From contig NW_003314268.1 of NCBI RefSeq assembly GCF_000143415.4, positions 2,062,494-2,126,493 on the forward strand: 64,000 nucleotides of DNA, written 5' to 3'. Source of the DNA: Selaginella moellendorffii (lineage: Eukaryota; Plantae; Lycopodiophyta). This document shows, piece after piece, positions 47,848 through 59,909 of this stretch. A program made the position numbers and the translations under genes. A model generated the notes under the pieces. That model worked only from the letters and a program-made list of their open reading frames with translations. It was not told the origin of the DNA and made no database searches. Numbering within the stretch: position 1 is the first letter of the stretch; each line of letters begins with the position of its first letter.

Positions 47848-47989
47848 GAAGAGTAGACAAATAGAGGGCGCGTCAAACTTTTTACTGGGCAAGCTCAACG
47901 CGTTGCTCTTTCTTTGTACATCTCCAAGCGTCTGTAACACTAAAATACGTTCTTGAGTCTAGAGGTGTTAGGGTTCTTGAGAGAGAGCT

Positions 47990-49781
47990 ATGTTTGGAGT
48001 GCCATGGCCGGAGATGAACGATGGCGTACGATACGCCGAGATCTCCAGGCTTCCATCGTCTCAGCAAGGTAAGCTAGCAGAGTAAATCGCATTTGTTCCC
48101 ATTTACAACACAGGTGAAAGCGTTTTGGAGTACTACGCGTCGAGATACCAGAGCTCCGCTTCTAGAGAAGGGTAAAACTCAGAATGTTCTTTTGTAATTT
48201 GGAGTTGTTGAGCTCTTGGCTTGCAGTTGGCTGAGAAGAATTCTCAAAGGACAGGTAACTTTCACGAGTAGTATTGGATTCCACTCGTTTGTTTCTTAGA
48301 ATTTTGTTGTAGATTGAAATCAATGGAGAAGTCGTCACTTCCCCGGACGCCTTGATCAGGTAGAAGTTTCATAGCTCCGGTTTTCTTATAGTTTCCTTCT
48401 CCGATCTCCCTTTTAGGAACAACGCGTCGCTGGTGTACCACAGGTTCCCTTGGGAAGAACCAAGCGCACCATTCATGCTTGAAATACTGTACGAAGACGA
48501 GCATCTGGTAGGAATGTGGTATTTTGTTTTCTCATTGATCTGGATCTGAGTGCTTCAAAATGGTAGCTTGCGATTAATAAACCATCGGGCTTGCAAGTTC
48601 TACCGGGTGGTCTCTTTCAGCAAAGAACTGTGCTGTCGCAGTTGCAGTGGCGAGTGACAGACCAAGTAGAAAGAAATCATCCAACACCTGTTCATCGGCT
48701 CGGAAGGGGAACATCAGGTGTGTATGTGTGTGGTACTTCTCTAACTAAAACATTTGTGTATTTTAAATACCTGCATTTCTCAGGAGTTTTGCTATGCGCT
48801 AAGTCCGATCAGGCCAGATGTGTCCTAGGAACGAAGCTAGCTTCCGGCACTTTGCGTTCAGGTATAGAAGGTAAGCTAGCTTCATTCAACCATTTCAATA
48901 TTGCAAATGACAACCGACCTTTCATGAAGACAGGTTTGAGATGTTGTCGAAGGTGTACAGGGCTCTGGTCTGCGGTATTGTCCAAGATGATAAGGTGATA
49001 GTAGTAGTAAAAGAAGGAAACTATTACTTATTCCTCTTTTTCCCGTGTAGATTTCTATTGACCAAGCTATAGGGAGAGCTCATTATCCTGGAGTTAGAGG
49101 AGGACTTTACATGGCCGTTGCCAAAGGTATGAAACTAAGAAACAGATCTTCATTTACCGATGCAAGCAGGGAAACCTTCTCACAGCAAGGTGACAACACT
49201 GAAGCGGAACACGGAAGAAAACAGCACAGTTGTGGAGGTGATTATATCCATTCTGCGCTTTGTCTCAGTGAGTCTTCATTCGCAGGTAGAGATATTCTCT
49301 GGACGTGCTCACCAGATACGGATTCATTTGGCAAGCATCGGCCACCCTTTGGTCGGTAAGTTACGAAAAAATCTCCTTTACTGATGCTGTCGCTAACGGA
49401 TTGGAATCTCAAAATGCAGGCGATCCTCTTTACGTGCGCGGTGGACAACCTTCAATGCAGGTTGTGAGCACCCTGGAACGAGCGAGTGTCGCAGAGGACG
49501 GGTATCAGCTCCTTGGCTCGTTGCTCTTGCCAATCTCACTCATGTTTTCTAACAGAGGCTATGAAAGACCAGAAAATCCATTGCCTGGAGACTGTGGTTA
49601 TCACTTGCATGCTCATCGGCTCACGTTCCATCACCCTGTGACGAACCAGGTAGAAACAAGATGGTTTAAGTTCATATAGTTGACCACAGATCTCAAAATC
49701 TGATATATATTTTTTCGCTTGCAGCGTTTAGAGATCGTAGCACCTTTACCACCCGAGCTGGAAACGGAAAGTCCGTTCTGA
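47990..49781 (+). CDS. RluA/RluD-family RNA pseudouridine synthase-like protein (multi-exon)
   Basis: [63 protein letters not shown]. Confidence 0.88.
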
Positions 49782-49799
49782 GAGAGAGCAGTTTCTTCG

Positions 49800-49870
49800 A
49801 CGCGTGGGGCAAGCTCTCGCTCGCAACTTGTCACGCCGGGCATCCGCCACGTGGACAGCCTTTGCATGCT
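49800..49870 (+). promoter_or_regulatory. ABRE/G-box + CE3-like + RY module upstream of LEA
   Basis: ACGCGTGG at ~49800, CCACGTGG at 49847-49854, TGCATG (RY) at ~49863. Confidence 0.6.
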
Positions 49871-50045
49871 TGCGGGCTCTCAAACAATCGGTTACAAATA
49901 TCAGGCACTCTCAGACCCTCGTTTAGCTTGATCTCTCTCTCTCTCTTCTCGTGGTATGGTGGTTGTCGCCGCTGTGTTTCGCTCACCGCTTTTTTTGCCT
50001 TCGTCAGGATCTTGTCCGGTTTTGAGCAGCGGCAGCCGTCACAGA

Positions 50046-50917
50046 ATGTGGAAGCTGGGTGGATTCGTGCGCTCCGGCGTCAAGCTCGCCACTCCCGCCA
50101 CTCAAAGGCGATCTTCCTACGTTGCCTCGTCGAACATCCCCCGAGCAAGGAGAGTCTACGCAGTTCCTCCGGAAGAAGTAAGCTTTTCTTTGGTTTTCTC
50201 CTCCAGATCATAGAGCAATGTAGGTCCTTATTGATCGATCGCCTCTGCAACCAACAGGATCCCAGCCAGTCTTACCACACGCGAGGATACGCAAGCGAGG
50301 CACAGACCAAGGTTAACGATGCCGAGCAAAAGGCCGAGGAAGCAAAGCAGGGAATGAAGCAAAAAACCGACGAGGTTAGTGAGGAGGCCAAGGCGAAGAA
50401 GGAGGAGGCAAAGTCCGCCGCTAGCAAAGCAGCCGAGGATGCCAAGGCCAAAGCCGAGGCTACCAAGTCCAAGGTCGGCGAAGCCACGGACAAGGCCACG
50501 AGCAAGGCCAAGGAAACGGTGAGTTCGGGCTCGCAGAAGGCCACGGAAGTGAAGGAGTCTGCCAAGGAGAAGAGCGAGGAAGCCAAGGAGCGCATCAAGA
50601 GCAAGACAGGAGAAGCTGCCGAGCGGACTGGGGAGGTGAAGGAGACTGCTAAGGTGAAAGCTGAACAGGCCAAGGAGAAAGCTAGCGAGATGGGATCCAA
50701 GGCGAAGGAGACTACCGAGGGGACGGCCGAGAGTATGAAGCACAAGCTGAGCGAGACGACGCAGGCCGTCAAGGAGAAGTTGCAGGAGACGATCGAGGGT
50801 GCCAAGGAGCCTTTCCGCCGGATGAAAGAAACTCTGGCCGGGAAGAGCGAGGAAGCGAAGCAATCCGCCGAAGAGACTGCCGACAAGGCAAAGAAACAGG
50901 CTCGTGAGAGCACGTAA
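50046..50917 (+). CDS. Group 3 LEA protein with organellar (probably mitochondrial) presequence (intron 50178-50257)
   Basis: Basic, acid-poor N-terminus, RGY|AS cleavage-like motif, then K/E/A/T-rich 11-mer-like repeats. Confidence 0.82.
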
Positions 50918-51107
50918 ATATCTTTGCTTGCCTCTTTCGTTTTGTTTTGATCTTCCAAGCAAAAGATTTACCAGAAAGTCCAGAATTTCGATTCATCAAC
51001 TCGAGAGATCTGTGGCGGACAAGGAGTCAGCTAGCACACCAGATCAAGCCAAATGGCCATAAGAGGGAAAATTTAGAGACCTCGATTCACGTTTACTTTG
51101 TTTGTTG

Positions 51108-51993
51108 CTATGCTGCCGTGTAGTACTTCCTATGAGACGAAACTGAGTACTGCCGTACCATTGGAGGAGCGATGGCGGCCTTCGTGAAGCCGCTGCTGCT
51201 CTGTTCCTTGACGTAGTTCCACTTGTCTTGCAAGAGGTAGACGACGGCCATTACGGCAATCTGGATCGAAAAAAGGATGTTGAGAATTCTCTGGCTCTTC
51301 TGAGTTATCATCTCGTAGATTCTCAAACCGTTGTACACGTTGTAAAAGCCCAGGATGATGGTGGTGGTTCCCAGTAGCCAATGAAGAACGAACCACACCG
51401 GTCGAGCAGTCTGACCACTGTTAAGCAAAACAGATAAATCACGGAGAGTAGACGTGGATCAAGCTTACGTCCGGGGACGGATAATCCCGATAAATGGCTG
51501 TACCCAAGCCACAGCCCACAGTGCCAAGCCAAGTCTCTGATGAGTGTGCATGAACTGGTTGGAAAATTTCCGGAACGACAAGACAGCACCACCGGCCGAG
51601 ACAAGAAGCGCGATGGACTACAAAACGATACAAACTACATTTTCGTGACGCACTAATTAAAGAGATGCGAAACAAACCTGGATAATCAAATGAGCGTAGA
51701 AGACAATCGCGATTTTGTCACTGGCAGCTTCTCGGCTGTGACGAGCACAGCGAGAGAAACGAACCACCAAAGTACCGAGCGGTATCAACAATCCAAACGA
51801 TCCCCACATCAACCATCCATGGAGCTTAATCCATTTGTAAGGATCCTGTAAACAAGTAGATCACTCAAGCATCAACTTGAGAAAACTAGAATTGAAAGAA
51901 AAGTACCTCAACTCTCTGGAACGCGCTGGGCTCCGCTGCTAAAGCCACAGACAGAAGCTGCAAAATGATGAAACACAGACTAAGGGTGGCCAT
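51108..51993 (-). CDS. Cytochrome b561 domain protein (multi-exon)
   Basis: Heme His motifs KLHGWLMWGSFG, FYAHLIIQ, HTHQRLGL, RPVWFVLHWLLG. Confidence 0.85.
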
Positions 51994-52333
51994 GCTTAGC
52001 CCCTCCTCCTTGTGTGATAGTTTCCAGGAAACGTCAATCAACAATCACCAGAACAGCTTCGAATCAAGCGAGGACTTCATAAACAGAAGAAAGAGACAGA
52101 GGCAAACCGAGAAGAGGAGCAGCACTGCACCCTCAAACCCAGGCATATGACACTACTGCACAAACTCAAGCACATATATTCCAAGACAAGGCAAGCAGAT
52201 AATAGAAAATGGTGGCCATCTCTTTTACGGTCGTGCAGTCACGATTATGCGTCGCACGACTACAGAAACATGTCCATAGGCGAGTTAGTTGCGAAACTGG
52301 TCATGGCCACCTCTCAACAACTACGTCCCGTTG

Positions 52334-53705
52334 CTATACTTTTTCAGGGACACTGAGCTCTTGTTTAATCCACTCGCAAAGGTCGTCTAGCTCCTCTGGT
52401 GTCGTCGAGTGATCAAGCCTGACGTAATGCAGAGGGATCGATCAAACTCCTGGACTAAAAGAAACAACAAAAGCGCCTTACCCTCTGTAAGACTTGAACG
52501 TGACGTTCTTGAACCCGCACTCCTTCAGTGCCCGCGCCGACATTTCGCCGAAGTTGTGATAGACGATGAAGTCATCTGCAGTACCTCATAAGCCCAGGAA
52601 AAAGGTCCAACTCCAAACTTCTTACTTTTCCCATGAGCCATGAAAATTGGAAGCTCCGCGGCCAATTTCAAGCAGTCTGGAGTTTCAGCAACTTGCTTTG
52701 GCAACAACCTAGCAGCACATGTTATACAACTCATAAACTGGCCTTGTGAGAGTGAAAAAAACTTACTTGCCTGCAGGAAGCCATCCACTGAGAGACATGA
52801 CTGCGTCTATCTTTCTAGTAAATGCCTTTCCATCCGTGTATTTCCCAAGAACCGAATGAGCAGCAGTGTACAAAGATGTTGCGCCGCCCATGCTAAACCC
52901 GCCGACCGCAACCTTCACTGCAAAGTTCTGACGGCTGTTAACCATTTGAGATGCTGAAGCCTTACCATCAGCGGGCTCCTTGGAAAGAAAGCTAGCAACA
53001 TATGCAGCAGAAGAATCTAGGCCAAGAATATCATCTGGTCCTTCGTCCGAGAGCGATCCCACATCAAACCCTGAGAGACCAGAAAAATGAAACGATCTTC
53101 AGCGATATAGAAACACTAAAGGACGATCATTCTTACATGCGGTGCATGGATATCCATTATTAATGGTTACGGGCCGGACAGGCGCGGTCGGGACGATCCA
53201 TCTGATCTGCAGCGCAAAATCAGCTTGCAAGAAAGAGTTTCTAGAGCTCACATTGTTTAGAGAAAGTGTCTTCAGAATGGAAGCCCAGCTGCACAGAAAT
53301 GGAGCTTTAAAACTTCCACGAAACGAGAGAGCTATGAATTTACCCGTGGCCAGTATCCCCAAGACCATGCAACCAAACTACCGTGACGAGATGCTTGCCC
53401 TCCGGCTCGATTGTTATCGTTTTCCCCCATTCTGCCCAGGATCAAGCCAAACTAACGCATCGGCACTGCGCATTACGCCTAGATCACTACTTACTTCCTT
53501 GGCTCGGCTCCACTGTACTAGATCCAGCAGCGTCCATGCCCGAAATCCCGCAAATGCGCCGCCCCCGCAGCACCGGGAACTCACGCCTGGACCTCAGCAG
53601 CCGGGCGCGATGCCGTGTCGAGACGATCGATGGCAGCAGCACGACGTCCCCCTGCGCGCAAATGGAATAGGGTTTTGTTGCGAGAGCGCACTTGAAGTAT
53701 GCCAT
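52334..53705 (-). CDS. Acyl-protein thioesterase / carboxylesterase with transit-peptide-like N-terminus (multi-exon)
   Basis: VVWLHGLGDTG, WIVPTAPVRPVTINNG, GGFSMG nucleophile, LSGWLP, IFMAHG. Confidence 0.87.
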
Positions 53706-53774
53706 GGCTCAACGCGATGTGAGCCGCTGGATTAAATTACAAAACGGACGGCTGGGAAGCGGTCCGGAAGAACC

Positions 53775-54540
53775 CTAATTGAGAATTTTCCTCTGGAGGC
53801 GGTCGAAAGCCGCGACGGTGCCTTCGATCGAGGAATGCTGGTGGCTGACGTGATGATCGTGATCGTGGAAGAAATAGGTGAGAATCCCCACCAGGCACAG
53901 CACGGCGCCGACGAGCGCCTTGTCGTAGCGCTCAAACCAGTGGAATTTGAACTGACTGGCGCCATAGAAGGAGAGGGCGACGAGTGTGAGCATCACGGCC
54001 AGAGTGCTGAAGAGGAGCACGGCCATGGCGAGGACGATGAATCCCCGCGACGCATTGCCCACTGCTAGGAACACCGGCAGGGTCGTGGCGCACGGCGACA
54101 GCGTTGGGACCAGGATCAATCCCGCCACCGCCATTTTCTCCATGGAGTGATTGTGTGAGTGATTGTGGCCGCCCTTACCGAGCAGGAAGAGGATCACGTA
54201 GCCAGCGCCCAGGAAGATCAGGAGGAACGACGCCAGCGTGTGGACAGTCTCCTCGCCGGCGATGGTGTTGGCCATGGTAATCGCTGTGAAACCCAGGAGC
54301 CCGGTGGAGATTACGTGACACACTGCTCCCAGCGCCGCTGCGATCGAGAAACGAATTCAATACGCTCGGATCGAGAAATTTCTACTTACTGACGAGCAGC
54401 GTTCGCGAAATCGTCCACTTCTGGGCGCGCCCGACGATCGAGAAGGGCAGCCAGTGCGTGGGGATGAAAGAATGGAGCAGCGACACTGTCGCGATGCCGC
54501 CGACTGTGGAGAGCTCCGTGGCCGTTAGGCCCGACGCCAT
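53775..54540 (-). CDS. His-rich polytopic membrane protein, NiCoT/UreH-like (2 exons)
   Basis: SLLHSFIPTHWLPF in TM1, GHNHSHNH loop, LSPC motif, C-terminal HDHDHH, about 6 TM segments. Confidence 0.65.
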
Positions 54541-54642
54541 GATTCTGGATCTAAAGTCTGCTGCCACAGATCTATCCAACCTAGAGCTCTTCCAGCACAA
54601 ATCCCTCTAGAGCCCTAGCAAGGAACTACATGAGCCGTTGGA

Positions 54643-56505
54643 TCACGACTCATTCAAGAAGCATGCGAGCTTAGAGACGGTCGGATTTAATTTGCTCGTC
54701 TCCAGTCCTCCCAGCGTCTTCTTATCCGGAAAATAGGGCATCGAATCCACGAGCTCTCTCGCAGCTCCAGCCTCGCAGGAGCGACCGAGAGCTTCCGCCA
54801 TGACGCTGTAATGCTCGATCCAGGGAGCCAGCCGATGGTCCGCCGCCATGGAAGCGAAGATCCGCCCCGCATTCTCGACGAGGCCCAGGTGATTGCATCC
54901 GATGAGCGCGTGGAGCACCGATATCTCGTCCGCGCGCATCCCTTCCAGTAGCATCGAATGGAAGCTCTCCAGCGCGTCACCGCCACGACCAAATTGGCTG
55001 AATCCCGCGGCCATTGTGTTCCAGGCCGCGAGATCTCTAGAGGGCGAGCGATCGAAGATCTTCTTGGCATCTTCCAGATCCCCACTGCGGGCAAATGCAA
55101 CTAGCAGCGCATTCCAAAAGAGGGCACTTCTTTGAGGAAGATCTTTGAAGATTTCACTCGCTCCAGTGAGATTTCCAGTGTGTATGAAGGCCCCCATTAA
55201 ACTACTCCACGACGCTACATCCCATTCTGGCATTGAATCAAACAAGTTCTTGGCAAGCTCGAGATGCCCATTAGTGGCATATGACTCGAGCATAACATTC
55301 CACGCAACCAGGTCCCTTTCGGGCATAGATGTAAACACTTCTCGAGAATTGTCCAATCTTCCACAGCAGGAGTTTGCTACTATTATGCTACAAAATGATG
55401 CCAATGACCAAAAAGGCATTTTCCAAAAGAGTTTGTTGACTTCCTCTAAGTTTCCAGCTGCGGCATTTGCCTGCAACAGGGTGTTCCAAGACTTAACGCT
55501 GTGTTCAGGCATTTTCTCATAGAAATACCTCATCCCTTTGCTTAACTCTCCCGACCTGGTGTAGAGCGTGAGGATTGCAGCCCACGAGTTTGCGTCTCTC
55601 AGCTCCATTTTCGAGAAGAGACCCATTGCTTTCTGAAACTGGTCTTTGCTCGTCGTGAGTGCTGTCAGCATTACATTAGAGGAGATGATATCAAACGCGG
55701 GAATTTGATCAAAAAATGCCACTGCTCGATCCATGTCCCCCTTTGAGCAGTGCAATTGGAGCATACAAGTCCATGAAACAAGATCGTGTAGAGGCATGTT
55801 TTGGAACAGGTTCTCGCTCTCAAAAGCATGGCCAGAAGTTGCGTACGAGGATAGCATTGCGTTCCAGGAAACTAGAGTCCGAACTGGCATACTATCAAAG
55901 ACTATCTTTGCGTCCTCTATATGCCAGTTCTGGGTATATGCGGAAAGCAAAGCAGTCCATGCTACCACATTTTTTATAGGCATTCCATCGAAAACCCATT
56001 TAGCACGATCTACACGGCCACATCTTGCATAGCCTTGGACCATCACTGTCCATGTCACAACGTTTGGATTTGGCAACTTTTGAAAGAACGATTCAAGCTC
56101 GTTTACATTACCAAGCTGGGCATATGCAGTAAGCATGGCATTCCAAGAAACTTGGTTTCTATTAGGAATCCTGTCAAACAATTCTTTTGCTTCTTCGTAA
56201 TGGCCCTCCTGTACCAGAGCTGTTAACATCGCATTCCAAGTTACCGTGTCAGGAAACTTAAAAGAGTCGAACAGAGCCTTTGCTTGAGCAACATACCCGC
56301 TCTGGGCATATGCTGAAATCATAATGTTCAACGAGAACACGTTTGGATGAGTGAGACTGTCAAAGATCCTCTTCGCGCGGTCGATGCGCCCGCATTTGCC
56401 ATGCATTTGGATGGCACGGTTGGCAAGAAAGGTGTCTTGTTCAAGTTTCGCCATCCGGCGGCTAAGAAAATCTGGTCGATTATAAAACTGGGCAGCAAAG
56501 TCCAT
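54643..56505 (-). CDS. PLS-class PPR protein with tandem S-type repeats and truncated E region (intronless)
   Basis: 620-aa ORF of repeated VSWNAML..YA..G units, ending EHYSVMAEALGRS..MPYFPD. Confidence 0.9.
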   Translation of the reverse strand: MDFAAQFYNRPDFLSRRMAKLEQDTFLANRAIQMHGKCGRIDRAKRIFDSLTHPNVFSLNIMISAYAQSGYVAQAKALFDSFKFPDTVTWNAMLTALVQEGHYEEAKELFDRIPNRNQVSWNAMLTAYAQLGNVNELESFFQKLPNPNVVTWTVMVQGYARCGRVDRAKWVFDGMPIKNVVAWTALLSAYTQNWHIEDAKIVFDSMPVRTLVSWNAMLSSYATSGHAFESENLFQNMPLHDLVSWTCMLQLHCSKGDMDRAVAFFDQIPAFDIISSNVMLTALTTSKDQFQKAMGLFSKMELRDANSWAAILTLYTRSGELSKGMRYFYEKMPEHSVKSWNTLLQANAAAGNLEEVNKLFWKMPFWSLASFCSIIVANSCCGRLDNSREVFTSMPERDLVAWNVMLESYATNGHLELAKNLFDSMPEWDVASWSSLMGAFIHTGNLTGASEIFKDLPQRSALFWNALLVAFARSGDLEDAKKIFDRSPSRDLAAWNTMAAGFSQFGRGGDALESFHSMLLEGMRADEISVLHALIGCNHLGLVENAGRIFASMAADHRLAPWIEHYSVMAEALGRSCEAGAARELVDSMPYFPDKKTLGGLETSKLNPTVSKLACFLNES

Positions 56506-56572
56506 ACGTTTGTCTCAAGCATTGTTTGATTTTGTAAGATCTGCCGTACACAATGTCAATCTGCCGTACAAC

Positions 56573-57026
56573 ATGTGCATGAGGACGAAATATGGCGGCC
56601 GGCCGGATACTGGTGGCGGCGGCGGCGGCTGGCCAGACCATTTAAATTTCAGGTGTTTCTCTTCCCAAACTTAGTTAAAGTTGAGTCTTCGATAGATCGT
56701 TCTTGGATCCCAGCATGAGTCCATCTGAGAAGCTAATTGGATCTCAAACGCCAGCAGCTCCATCATCTACATTGACAAAGAAGTCACTGAGATCAAGTAA
56801 GAAGAGAGATGAAATTTTCTCGTGGTTTTATATGTTTCCGATGCAGTTGTGAGGGAGATCGCAGAGAGGCTGTCGCAACCCACAGCTGAATCACAACATC
56901 CATTGCCCCAGCAACACTCCACTAGCAACTGGTAAGTCTCATGGAAACAAGAGTTTCAATCTCAAAATCACCCTCTTTTCTTCGTTTGCTGCCAGGATCC
57001 TCATCATGAGTGCTCTAGACAAGTAG
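56573..57026 (+). CDS. Putative small 4-exon orphan protein (92 aa)
   Basis: Exons 56573-56652, 56714-56796, 56847-56931 and 56996-57026 joined by GT-AG introns of 61, 50 and 64 nt give one uninterrupted frame. Confidence 0.45.
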
Positions 57027-57207
57027 ACAATTTTGTTTCGAGCTAGGATCCAGCAAGAACAAAACCATAGTGTTCTTCCTGGATCCTTCAAAGCAGCATA
57101 AATAGTGTGTGTACTCCCTCTCCTCATACAGACTTGGAATTGAGAAGGCTCTTGTCGCTATTGATTTTCCAGTTCATTACAAACTTCGCTTTTTCGTTCT
57201 CATCGCT

Positions 57208-59428
57208 CTATACATCCCGCGGCAGCTGGAGCTCTATAATATCTTTCCGAGGTAACGGTTGAAGCTCACTCGATGGGCCGTGGCCCAGTTCTTCCAAGTT
57301 AATCGGGTCCATGTTACTTGGCTCGTCGGAAACAATCAGATAAGTAATCTCCCTGTCCACTCTAAATGCCAAGTACCCCACGGCAATCAAGTAAACAAGG
57401 ATCATCCCAAAAACGAGGATACCAATCATCACTTGGGCTACCATTGCCAGGGAGCTCTTGAGGAGCCACTTCACAAACAAGGAGGTAAGATAGTACACGT
57501 TGATAGACATAACAGCACCACCAATTAACCATGTTGTGCACATCACCTGTAACACAGTTTGATGCTCGTAAAGTGCGAATACAGTTCTCACTTCTTCCAC
57601 TTACCGGCCAAGAGTTAGCATAAGGTCCCATTTTCACTTTGCTACTAGTGAATTTCAGCAGCGGAATAAGAACAAAGGGAAGAACAAAAGATAAAACCAT
57701 CTAGAAAACCAGAATGTCAGTTAGAAGCATCGAAAACTTGAGAAGACGAGCACTCACAGAGACAATGATGATTAGTTGTCCAGCAGCGCTAGAACCACCA
57801 ATAAGCGCAACAATTAGACTTGGAACAATTGCTACCGCTCGGGTTAGTAAGTTTCGAATCCAAGGTTTAAACCTCAAGTTTAAAAATCCCTGCATCACGT
57901 ACTGGCCGGCATATGTGCCTGTAATCGTTGAGCTTTGCCCGGAGGCAAGCAATGCAACGCCGAAGAGGATCTTACTCCAACGTCCCAACACATTCTGCCG
58001 TTAAAAAGAAAAAAAAGAAGAAGAAAAACTTAGAAAGTTCCAAATGACCATGAAGAAGTACGCACCTGCAGGAGGAATGAGGCCCGGTTTAGATCCAAGT
58101 CATTACAGTTTGCTCTATTCTCGGCTGATAAGTCTGGTTGCGAACACACCGAGCCGCTAACAGCAATAACACATACGTTGATTAGAAAGGCGAAGAAAAG
58201 TGCGAATCCACTCTCAAACATATAGTACTTGCATCCTTGCTACATGAGAAAAACGAAAGTTCATGCTAGAAGCTTTGAAGACTTTGAATTACCTTGATTC
58301 CCTTATCAGAGCGAGGAATTCTTCGAGTCAGAACCAATGCCGAGTGAAGAAACAGGTTGTGTGGCATAATCATAGCCCCCAAGAGAGAAATAGCCAGCCC
58401 AGTGGCACCGTCGCCTTTAAGTTGAGGCACAAAGAGCCCTTTCAAAACTAGTGCAGCATTTGGTTTCGCGTAACCAAGCTCGGCAAAAAAACATCCAGTC
58501 ATTATCATCACCAGTGCAGCGATAATAAGCTCCAGCTTGCGCACCTAGAATCGAAAAGCTGTTAAACAAAATCACCGGGAGAGAAGCCGCGCAAATTGAA
58601 AATACTCACTCCATACTGTTGCAAAGCCAGGAGGAGAAGTGTGCTGAGTCCAGTTAACAGGACGCCGATCCAAATAGGTACACTAAACAGAATGTTAAGC
58701 GCAAATGCCGTGCCTATAACTGGCAGAAAAAACGAAGGGAACAAACATTGACTTTGCAACGCAGACAAAATGCCTAAACGAACCTTCGGGAATATCAGCT
58801 GATATGACGGCAACTTCGGCCAATATCCACAGCAAAATCGACACAACCTTGGGATATTCGGTCCTACAGTGCTCGGCGAGATGCTTCCCTGGAAGGTGAA
58901 ATATAAAGAAATAGTCACTTTGCGTGCTTGAGCAAGACTTTGTGTATTTTACCAGTGACCACACCCAAATTCGCGGCCAGGGACTGGATGATCAAAGCCG
59001 AAACGGAAGCCACCAAGATAATCCAGAGCAGCTGCAAGGATTTCAGGTCACATAACTCAAGAAACAAGATTTAGCAATGCCTACCTCATACTGATATTCC
59101 GCGCCGGATTGGAGATCGCTCTCGACTGCAACGTTGTCAGGAAACGAAGAAAAAAGGAGTAAGAGAAAGGAAAGAACGAAGGAACCAAGCTCACAATTTC
59201 CAGGATCAATGTAAGCGATGCAAACCAAAAACCCCGGCCCCAAAAACGCTAGCAGCTTCCTCCATCCTTCTTTCTGATCAATTAGTGTTCATCCAGAGAT
59301 GAGAAGAGAGGGAGAAGAGATCAGAGGAACAAAATAAGAACCAAGGAAAGAGAGAACAGCTGCATTGCTCACCTCCACTACATCCACTTGATTCTTCATC
59401 GGCTCATCGATGTCAGTGAGATCCATTC

Positions 59429-59459
<31 letters not shown>

Positions 59460-59501
59460 GTGCCGCCTCGCCTCGTCATGGAGCGGATTGGACGCTCTCA
59501 T
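57208..59501 (-). CDS. NRAMP: NRAMP metal transporter (NRAMP1/OsNRAMP5-like; multi-exon; alternative ATG at 59426)
   Basis: [47 protein letters not shown]. Poly-Q (CAG)n at ~59430-59460 if the upstream ATG is used. Confidence 0.95.
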
Positions 59502-59909
59502 CAGAAAATCGATGGAATTCCCAATCCAATCGCCGAGGCAGCGCTGCTAAAAAGAAACAGAGAGAGCTCTATTAGGACCCTAAAAAGGGCTTAACACAGC
59601 ATATATTCTCCTAATTGCGTAACATCATTAGCCCTTTTTCTTTCCTACTAAAGTACCTCATTTTCAATGGTAGAGCAGCCTCTTGCGTGTTGAAAATTGC
59701 GAGAATGACACCACCGATGACTTCGAATCCTTTTTTTTTAATCTAGAAGTGAGTGAAAGGAGCTCGATCCATTGATGCATCTTAAAAGATCATACCTTTG
59801 ATCATGGCGTCCGGCTCTTTAAATGAGACGACACCACGGAAGTGCGTCTTCACGGCCGGACAGGCGTCTCCCGCATTGCGTAAAACTCTACATACCGGAA
59901 GATTGGCTT

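Noticed and set aside
59809-59861. GTCCGGC...GCCGGAC hairpin between NRAMP and CCDC22
   Set aside because: The stem is short with no H/ACA or miRNA features and is plausible by chance.
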